Shown: piece by piece, positions 37,369-46,600 of the stretch
Position numbering within the stretch: position 1 is the stretch's first letter
How the letters are laid out: each line of letters starts with the position of its first letter
NCBI GenBank assembly: GCA_013239625.1
Contig: MU053881.1
Location: 1,612,001 to 1,676,000 of the forward strand
Direction: 5' to 3'
From: Lama guanicoe
Lineage: Eukaryota
DNA length: 64,000 nucleotides
The notes under the pieces: generated by a model
The model's database searches: none
The model's input: only the letters and a program-made list of their open reading frames with translations
What the model was told of the DNA's origin: nothing
Translations under genes and position numbers: made by a program

Positions 37369-38859
37369 GTAAGTGTCCTGGATTAGGCCCTCTGCTCCTG
37401 AAAGATAAGACGCTTTGTTCTCTCTCTGTGTATAGCACTTCCATGGATGTAATATTTGGTTAGAGAGGTGTGTCCTTAAAAAAAAAAAATTCAGTCCCAG
37501 ACAGCAGCCGTATATTTTGTGAATTGTGGGTGAATGCAGACACAGGATTCCGTGGGCTTGACTTGCTCGGGGAAGCTTTCTGGGACCGTTTTCCTCCCAA
37601 GAGGGTGGCACGAGCCTGGCTGCTGCTCACCAAACCCGGGGCTCCGCTTGGTGCCCAGAAACGCAGGCATGGTGCCCTCGTCCCTGAGTGCCCTGCAGCG
37701 CTGATCCATCTAAATGTTTTGGTCTCATGTGCTTCGGCACAAAGGGCTTGGGAGTCAGACAGAGATGCCAGGAATTAGTTGGACTTGACTGCTAGATCCT
37801 GGGGTCTGTTTTCCTTCTTTGCCAAAATATTTGACTCTCTGGGCTGGGCAGCAGAGACCTCGGGAGTGCAGCTGGCCAGCGAGGGCGTTGAGGTGGCGAA
37901 GGTTGTGCGGGAGGGGCCCGCGGCCTGACGCACAGCAGCCCCGGAAACCCCGCTCCTCCCGCAGGACACAAAAGCCTGCCTTTGATGCATCTTGGCAGTT
38001 TTTCAGAGCCTGATAAATCCTGACGAATCAATTCAAGAGGCACGTTTACAGCCTGCCTGAGCCAAAAATTCACCTTCTAAAGGAATTCCTTTCAAATGAG
38101 CAGCTTCATTTTTACTTACACTTACTGTGATTCATTTCCCGGTCGGCACCCTGTGGAATCCGGGCTTCCTGGTGCGTGTAGCAGCATCCCACTGAGCCAG
38201 AGATTGAGAGTGTGTAGATTTATAAGCCCCGCGCAGTTTTTTGCTGTTGAGTCATTCCTGACTGTCACATGAAGGCTGACCTGTGTGAACTCGCCAAAGT
38301 GCGTAGTGTGGAGGGCTATTGGAGCAAAGTTGTTTTCTTGCGTTTTTTGGTTTTTTTTAAACTTGACTGTTAAATGACAAAGTGAATTAAGCAAACGCAG
38401 AATTCTCAAGCTGCGACTTGAGATGGGTGGGACGCTGGCCAGGCAGTCACCGCTCCGAGCATGTGGGAGCAGCGAAGCATCCAGGAACAGTAAATGTGCC
38501 CCCATATCTCTAGCTTGCAAAGCTGTCTTCCTCGAGTCACCCCCGTTCCCTGGGGCAACAGACAGAAAACCCACATCTGCTCGCTAGGGCCTTAAGGAGC
38601 ATCCTCCGCGGGAGCTGTGATGCCATGCTCGGGAACCCCACATCCCCACGTGGTCCTCGCCATGTACCTGGATGTGAGCTGCATCCCCCAGACCCGTCGG
38701 AGCCCTGCGTCCCCCGCCCCTTGAAGAAGTCAGCAACCAGCAGCCCCTGCTGCAAAGCCCACAGACATGGGGGGATCTGGGGCCCTGATTGAGTTCTAAG
38801 TGTTGCCATATGGTTTTCTGCCGAAAGTCTGATTATTAATGACGTATTAATTACCACAG

Positions 38860-38886
38860 GGGCAATCAGGACGAGATGGCTACCCG
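38860..38886 (+). CDS. COL23A1: COL23A1 27-nt exon GQSGRDGYP (probably exon 5)
   Basis: CACAG|GGGCAATCAGGACGAGATGGCTACCCG|GTAATT; in-frame Gly-X-Y matching recalled COL23A1. Confidence 0.95.
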
Positions 38887-39915
38887 GTAATTTGCCATTT
38901 ATTTTTTTGCTCTCTTTGCCCTTTACTCTCAAGCCAATATCCTTCCTCTGCGCTTTTATTTAACTGCTCTCCGCTCCTCCTCCCCGCCTGCTCCTCGGTG
39001 GCTGTGGTCCCTGCGGAGGGATTAGCTTTAGCGCTGGGGCAATGTGGGGTGTGCAGGAGGCAGGGCCACGGTCTGGCAGGAACAGCCTGCAGCTCCAGCT
39101 GCCCTGCAGCAGTGCAGCGGCTTCACGGAGGCCCCTCGGTGATGGGCTGAGCCCATCCAACACTGCTCTTCCTGGCCAGTGTGTCTGCCCTGAGCCAGGT
39201 CCAGCCTTGGCTGTGCAGTGCCCTCCTGCTGGCATGGCGGCCGACCTCTTCCAGTGGGCAGGAGACTTCTTGTCCCAGACCATCGTGTCCTGTCACTACT
39301 TGGGGACCAGAGGCTGGTTGGTTCCAGTTTGGCCTTTGTGGTGTCCTTACTTCTCAGATCTTTTACATTTAAACCTAAAAAGTTAGCTTATACTTGGAAT
39401 CTATGCTCCTGGCCTGGGCTGAGTGAGCGCCGCATGAAATGTGGCTGTGCCACTGCTGAGTCCTGCAGGGAGGTTAAGGCTGTGACAGCAGCCTCGGGAA
39501 GTCCTGATAAAGAAAGCACCACGGGGGTGAGCCTGGGGGCAGAGAGCATGGTAGGACCATCCTGCTGGGGGACAGATTCATGCCTCAGGCCAGGAGGATG
39601 CAGGGAGGGAAAGGCTGATCGATTCAGAGGCCTCTCTAGTGGCCAGCTCCGTCCAAGGTCAGGATGGGCTGCCATGGAGGATGGGGCAGGGAGGTGGGCG
39701 TCCCCAGCCCTGCAGGAGCCGCCTTCCCAGGCGACTGTGGAGGGCAGCCCAGCCCCAAGCGTCGGGCAGCCCTGGGCGTGGACTCCGACCTGCTGCCCCC
39801 CAGCTGGGTGACCTAGGGGAGGCGCTGGCCTTCTCTGAGTTTCAGTGTCCTGCTCTGTGAAATGGGTGATGCAAGGCCCCCCTCCCAGTACTGGAGTTGG
39901 GATTAACTAAGACTG

Positions 39916-40011
39916 AGGGGGTGGGGGGAGTAGCTCAGATGTAGAGCACATGCCTGGCATGAATGAGGTCCTGGGTCCCATCCCTAGCACCTCCATTAAA
40001 AAAAAAAAAAA
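39916..40011 (+). mobile_element. tRNA-derived SINE (duplicated at ~41226-41321)
   Basis: GTAGCTCAGATGTAGAGCACATGCCTGGCATGAATGAGGTCCTGGGT followed by poly-A. Confidence 0.88.
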
Positions 40012-40141
40012 GTTCAGTAGTTTTATATACCAACACAAAACTCTGAAATGGAAAATAAATTTTTATATTTATTTTAAAAAAAAGACTGAGGAGGTGACAG
40101 CTACACAAAATGCATCACACACTCATCCTCTAAGACTTGGC

Positions 40142-40822
40142 NNNNNNNNNNNNNNNNNNNNNNNNNNNNNNNNNNNNNNNNNNNNNNNNNNNNNNNNNNN
40201 NNNNNNNNNNNNNNNNNNNNNNNNNNNNNNNNNNNNNNNNNNNNNNNNNNNNNNNNNNNNNNNNNNNNNNNNNNNNNNNNNNNNNNNNNNNNNNNNNNNN
40301 NNNNNNNNNNNNNNNNNNNNNNNNNNNNNNNNNNNNNNNNNNNNNNNNNNNNNNNNNNNNNNNNNNNNNNNNNNNNNNNNNNNNNNNNNNNNNNNNNNNN
40401 NNNNNNNNNNNNNNNNNNNNNNNNNNNNNNNNNNNNNNNNNNNNNNNNNNNNNNNNNNNNNNNNNNNNNNNNNNNNNNNNNNNNNNNNNNNNNNNNNNNN
40501 NNNNNNNNNNNNNNNNNNNNNNNNNNNNNNNNNNNNNNNNNNNNNNNNNNNNNNNNNNNNNNNNNNNNNNNNNNNNNNNNNNNNNNNNNNNNNNNNNNNN
40601 NNNNNNNNNNNNNNNNNNNNNNNNNNNNNNNNNNNNNNNNNNNNNNNNNNNNNNNNNNNNNNNNNNNNNNNNNNNNNNNNNNNNNNNNNNNNNNNNNNNN
40701 NNNNNNNNNNNNNNNNNNNNNNNNNNNNNNNNNNNNNNNNNNNNNNNNNNNNNNNNNNNNNNNNNNNNNNNNNNNNNNNNNNNNNNNNNNNNNNNNNNNN
40801 NNNNNNNNNNNNNNNNNNNNNN
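40142..40822. other. Assembly gap (681 N)
   Basis: Run of N. Confidence 1.
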
Positions 40823-41451
40823 AAAGCACCACGGGGGTGAGCCTGGGGGCAGAGAGCATGGTAGGACCATCCTGCTGGGGGACAGATTCATGCCTCAGGC
40901 CAGGAGGATGCAGGGAGGGAAAGGCTGATCGATTCAGAGGCCTCTCTAGTGGCCAGCTCCGTCCAAGGTCAGGATGGGCTGCCATGGAGGATGGGGCAGG
41001 GAGGTGGGCGTCCCCAGCCCTGCAGGAGCCGCCTTCCCAGGCGACTGTGGAGGGCAGCCCAGCCCCAAGCGTCGGGCAGCCCTGGGCGTGGACTCCGACC
41101 TGCTGCCCCCCAGCTGGGTGACCTAGGGGAGGCGCTGGCCTTCTCTGAGTTTCAGTGTCCTGCTCTGTGAAATGGGTGATGCAAGGCCCCCCTCCCAGTA
41201 CTGGAGTTGGGATTAACTAAGACTGAGGGGGTGGGGGGAGTAGCTCAGATGTAGAGCACATGCCTGGCATGAATGAGGTCCTGGGTCCCATCCCTAGCAC
41301 CTCCATTAAAAAAAAAAAAAAGTTCAGTAGTTTTATATACCAACACAAAACTCTGAAATGGAAAATAAATTTTTATATTTATTTTAAAAAAAAGACTGAG
41401 GAGGTGACAGCTACACAAAATGCATCACACACTCATCCTCTAAGACTTGGC
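40823..41451 (+). repeat. Exact 629-bp copy of 39513-40141 across the gap (probable false duplication)
   Basis: Identical by eye at offset 1310; supplied ORFs 39639..39860 and 40949..41170 are identical. Confidence 0.93.
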
Positions 41452-41899
41452 AGTAACTTAGCGGGGCACTTTATGTACGTCGTGCCCAGCGTGGTCTGGG
41501 CTCTCCCTGGAGTGGAGTTTGGGATCTCCCGGGCAGCCAGGGGGTCTCGGGCTGCCCCAGCAGCAAGCGTCCTGGCCTCTCAGACCAGAAACATCCTGCT
41601 CTGGATGGAGTTAGAAATGTGACACCGCCATGACCCATCTTCATCCCACAGGAGCACACGGGGTGGGGCAGGGGGCCACCACCTCCCCAACAGCTTTTCC
41701 AGATTAGGGAGGAGTCAGCCCTCCCCCACCCCCATTCCTGGACATGGCAGCTGGAGTCTTGGGGAACCACAGATTTTTGCTGGAACTTTTCAGCCTTGTG
41801 TCTTGGACCCACTCACTTCAGCAGCTCAGGAGCCCTGGAAACTCTCTGAGAGAACCACTCCTGGGATTACCTAGTTACCTTTTATACTCCAAGGTTATT

Positions 41900-41995
41900 C
41901 TTTTTTTTTTTTTAATGGAGATACTGGGGATTGAACCCACGCCCTTGTGCGTGCCAAGCACGCACTCTACCACTGAGCTATACCCACCCCACCCC
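41900..41995 (-). mobile_element. tRNA-derived SINE, antisense
   Basis: Poly-T, GGGGATTGAACCC, CTCTACCACTGAGCTATACCC; flanks share CCAAGGTT. Confidence 0.9.
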
Positions 41996-43889
41996 CAAGG
42001 TTCCTGTTGACTGTAGGTGTCCAAAGGGGAGTGGATAGTGGCTGGGTGAGTGGGTGTCCTCCCTCTTCCCCCACTGTCGTCTCCTCTGAGCACATGGTGA
42101 CGCGGTCCTTTCTCCCTGGCTCTGAGCGTCAGAGAGGATGCTGGCTGATGGCAGGAATCACTTTCCCCGGGAAAGGAGCAGGGGACTCCAGAGTAGCCGC
42201 CAGGGGGTCCAGTCCACCCCCCACAGAGCCTTTCCTTCCAGGGCCGAGCAGACTGGGGGGTGGCCAGCAGGGTCTGTGAGGGACAGGCAGGAGTCCCGTG
42301 CAGAGTTAAGAAGCTGGGAATTGAATCACACTCACTAGCTGTGAAGCTAGGGGCAAGCCCGTTGGTAGCCCTAGGAATGCATCCTTCCCTGTGAAGAGGG
42401 GAGCTGGGGTTCAGGTCACAGCAAGCAGTGGTCAGGTTACTGGGACCATTATGGGGAACTAAGCCTGGGGTTTAGTGTGTGAGGTTTTGTCACCCAGCCT
42501 GGACCACAGACGAGACCCTGTGAACTTGGGGCAGGGAGGCCAAGGGAGGGATGCGCGTGGCGTGTGCCCGCCTGGTGTGGAGTTGGCAGCTTTCTGGGAA
42601 GGAAGCAGGTCAGGGCCCAGCAAGCCTCCCCCACTGCCCATTTGCAGGCATCCCAGCAGCCAGCGCCCTTGGCCTCTTCAGCTCCTCATCACTGGGCACC
42701 CCCGAGCAGCCTGGGCCGGGTGAGAGGTGAGGGGAAGCTGGCATCACACCCACAGTTACCCCGGGGCCAGTTGCCCCCTTTCCTGAAGTCACCAGCCCTC
42801 GTTTTCACGCACACCTCCATCTCTGCACAGATCTAGGCATCTTTCCTGGCTGGGCTGGACTTGCCTGCTGCTGGGTTCAAGGTGCTCATGCGTCCAGTGC
42901 CAGAAGCCAGCTGGCTCGCCCAGCTGCGTGCCTCCAAGCACCCCTGTCTGTCCCTTTGGTGGGCTCACAGGGTGGAGGTGACACCCTGCCTGGCTTCCCC
43001 TGCAGGAGGGAATTGGGCAAGGGGAGGTTAGGAGAGAATTCTGTAGGCTCATAGGACCCATGTGTTTTAAGCTGAAATCCTGATCTCTCCGCCTGCGGAG
43101 GGCCTGGCGCCCAGCCCGGCGTCTGCTTACAGACGGCTCCATGTGGTCGTCCCGGGGTGAGGACGACCGCCCCCAGCTCCACCTCGTGTGCTGAGCATCC
43201 ACGGGCTTGGAGTCCATCTGACCCAAGTCCAGTCCCGGCTTGGCTGTGCGGTCTCGGGCAGGGTCCTCAGCCCCTCGGCCCCTGGGGAGATCGCACCTAC
43301 AGAGCTGGAGGCTTAAATGGAGTGAGGAAGGAGACGTTATGGCAGAGCCCACGTACGGCGCTGCAGGGGGCGGCCCTGCAAAACTCTCCCTCTCAAAGCC
43401 CGGAGGAGAGGACGGACAGGCTTAGGAAATCATTCTGAGCCACCAACACACAGTGGCAGCATTTGGAAAGGAAAATGGCTTTCAGAACGGTCAGTTTTAG
43501 AAAAAGGTTTTTTTTTTTTCCCTTTCTTTCTGCAGTTTGGTAAACTTTGAGACCGGCCTCAGGGAGGTTTTTTTTTTTTTTTTTTTTCCTTTGTGCTAAA
43601 AACATGTTACTTCCTAAAAGGAAGTAAAAGCAAGAAGAGAGTCAGGCAGGGTGGTTGTGGTTCTGGATTAATCCAGGGCAGCCCCTCCTCTGAGGAGACC
43701 AGCTGAAACCAGGTCCATATGTGGACCCAGCAGGGTGGCGGGGGGGACAGGGGCATAGGGACCAAGCACATCTGTGGGGCAGGTTGTGGGCTGAAAGGGG
43801 CCCGCGGCCACCTTGTCCGCAGCCTCCCAGTACAGAGACCAGCCTGTCCTTTGGGCTGTAAGGGTTCATGGATAGCTCTCTGCTGATGA

Positions 43890-44550
43890 CAAAAGAGGCA
43901 TGTTTATGATAAAAAAAAAAAACAACTTTCCAAAATAGAGAAAAGCACAAAAAAGGAGAAAAACAATCATCCGTGACCCTACCACCCACAGATAAGTCTT
44001 CTCAGTGTTTTGGTCTTTGTTCTTCCCAAATGTTTTATGTGTGAGTTTGTTTTTATAGTTATTGTTCTAAAAATGGGATCACCGTGGACATGCTTTTCTT
44101 GTGGCCTCGGTTTTCACTTAACAGAGCATGAGATTTCTCGACATCATAAAGAATTCGTGTAGCTACGTAGATATATCATCAGATATATCATCTGTTTAAC
44201 CCATCTCCACGTCCTAATATTTGTATTGACAATCCCTCACCCTTGTAGTCAACATCCTGGGAATAAATCTAGGCTTATTTCCATGATTATCTCCTTAGAA
44301 TAAATGTCTAGAAGTTGAATGGCTGGCCCAAAGTTTTGCACATGTTCAAGGCTTTTGATGTGCGCTGCCATATTGCCCTCCTGGATGCTGCACTAATTTC
44401 CATCCCCACCAACAGCACACGCATGCGACATGTTTCCCCAAGCCCTGCCCAGCCGTGGGTATTATACTTTTAAATCTATGCCAGTATGATAAGTTAAAAA
44501 TGTATGGGTGGATGGATGGATCTTGTTTTAATTTAGGGTATGTTTTCATT
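43890..44550 (-). mobile_element. Ancient L1ME-like 3' fragment
   Basis: CCTTAGAATAAATGTCTAGAAGTTGAATGGCTGG...CACTAATTTCCATCCCCACCAACAG. Confidence 0.7.
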
Positions 44551-44601
44551 AGAAGTGCAGTCTTCAGAGATTAAACTAGTTTTCATAGTTTGTGTGATCC
44601 T

Positions 44602-44635
44602 CACTGCCCTCTGGTGATAGCGCTTGGAATTGCAG
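44602..44635 (-). promoter_or_regulatory. Candidate CTCF site with upstream (U/M2) motif
   Basis: Minus strand reads CTGCAATTCC-AAGCGCTA-TCACCAGAGGGCAGTG. Confidence 0.55.
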
Positions 44636-44991
44636 GTATAGCATTGAAAGAAGAAATCACCAGCCTTTGAGAGCTTTCAGATCCCAATTGGTCCAGGGGC
44701 AGCAGACATCATGGAGTCAGCAGCACAAGGAGTGTTTTGAGCTCAGAACATTGTGAGTCCAAGGAGGGACCTGCAGGAACCCTGGGCACATCACTCTTGC
44801 GTGTGAGGGTAGTAAGCAGCATTTATGTTGATAAAGTGATTTTACCATCTCATAAATAGGCTTGGGTCTGCTCAACAAGTCCAGAAGGATAGCACAAAGA
44901 GAATCAGGCCCAGGTGCAGTCTTTGGGGAGCTGTGGAGGAGAGAGACCAACAGCCAATTTGCCAGGAGATCGGGAGCAAGAAACAGCTAAG

Positions 44992-45004
44992 GGTCACTGT
45001 GACC
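44992..45004. promoter_or_regulatory. Perfect estrogen-response-element palindrome GGTCActgTGACC
   Basis: Exact 13-bp consensus match; function untested. Confidence 0.4.
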
Positions 45005-45499
45005 TTGTTAGAGGTCTCTTATCACAAACTCTTGTTTCCTTTCCAAATTGTGGCTTCTATCTGGGACGGAAGGTCTTGCCTCTCATGCAAGCTTCAATCT
45101 TGCCTACCCCTTGACTTTAGCACAGAAAACATTAGACTCATTATCTCCGACTTATAACATCAAACCCTCACCTTTCCCTCTTTTCTGGTATTTGGACTTT
45201 TTGAAATCTAAACATTGAGCTTTAGCGACTTTCTGGTTTGTTTTCCACCTTCAGAAGACAATTCAAACATTTTTTGGAAAATGTGTTTTTGGTAAGTCTT
45301 CCAGGGCTAAAGATTTCTGTGTATTTGAATGTCTGAGGAGAGTGTTAGGTCATGAGGCCAGAGGCACATCGAGACGATGAAACCCTGAGAGGACTACCGG
45401 TGCAGAGGCCCTGGGGTCCACCGGGGGGCTTGCCCACTGTGGAAACACCACCAATCATTGTGTCTGTGCCAGAGGCTTTTCTGGGCCTTTGGACCAGCA

Positions 45500-45965
45500 C
45501 CAAACAAGAGAGACAAGGCTTTTGTCTGTGGTGGGGAGGAGAGAAACAACCAAGAAAATGAACCAACAAGGCAGCTTCAAACTGTGAAATGTGCTAGACC
45601 GAGAAGAAAGCAGGGGATGTGATGAGGGGTCTGGCTGGGCGGATGGGTGGGTCTAATTTGGATTAAATAATCAGAGGGCTCTTGGGGAGGATGACATTTG
45701 AGCTGAGATTTAAATGATGAAAAGATGCCGCAATCTTGAAGGGAAAGCAAATAAGTGCTCCTGGCAGAGGAGAAAGGAAGTGCACGGTCATGAGGCTGGA
45801 GCCGCATCGTGCGTCCGGGGTACATGCGAGGCCGGTGCGGCTGGAGTGGGCCAGCAAGGGGCGGGAAACGGTAGAAGGGGAGGCTGGGGAAGTCTCCGGG
45901 ACTGCCTGGAGTAGACTCCTGTGGGCCATGGTGAGAGGCTGACCCAGGCAGGAGGCCAAGGAAAC
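45500..45965 (-). mobile_element. L2 fragment
   Basis: GGAGGATGACATTTGAGCTGAGATTTAAATGATGA...CTGTGGGCCATGGTGAGAG. Confidence 0.7.
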
Positions 45966-46486
45966 TTGGCTCTGTGTTTACCGAAACCACTTGTCCCCAG
46001 AGACAGGCTGCCTTGCCAGGGGCTGGGCGATTCCCCCTCCCGAGGGAACCAGAGAAAGGACTGTCCGCTCTGTCCCCCGGAAGCCTTTCCAACGTGCCAG
46101 GGGCCAAGTGCCCAGACTCAGTGCTTGCTGGGGGCTTACGCCCCCATGGCCCCGGGGATGCGGCGATCTCAGCCCTGCTAGACAGAGGAGGAAGCGGGGC
46201 TCAGAGGCTGATGGGACTTGGCCGAGACACAAGGGCCACCCGCCTGGCAAAGCCCAGACTAGCACCCAGGCTCACAAACTAGCCACCCTGTCAGTAAGCA
46301 GGCTGCAGCAATAGCCCGGGCTCAGACTGGCCGGGCGTCGGCGGGAGGGTTTTCTCCTCTCACCACCCAGAGGGACAGATATTTGGGGTGAATATTCTGT
46401 TTCTCCTCCTCATCCCGATTTTGACCTGGCCCTGGAGCTCTCTCCCCATTTCACCGCCTCCCACCATTATCAAATTAAAACCCCAG

Positions 46487-46600
46487 GAGAGGGAGGGTAT
46501 AGCTCAGGGGTAGGGTACATGCTTAGCATGCCAGAGGTTCTGGGTTCAATCCCCAGTCCCTCCAAATAAATAAATAAATACCTCCCCCCAAAAAAACCCC
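46487..46600 (+). mobile_element. tRNA-derived SINE
   Basis: GGGAGGGTATAGCTCAGGGGTAG...GGGTTCAATCCCCAG followed by (AAAT)n. Confidence 0.88.

Noticed and set aside
39950..40985. 253-296-aa ORFs
   Set aside because: They read through the N gap; artefacts
45385..45440. GLP...GPPGGLP peptide suggesting an extra collagen exon
   Set aside because: Gly-X-Y periodicity is broken and there are no flanking splice sites
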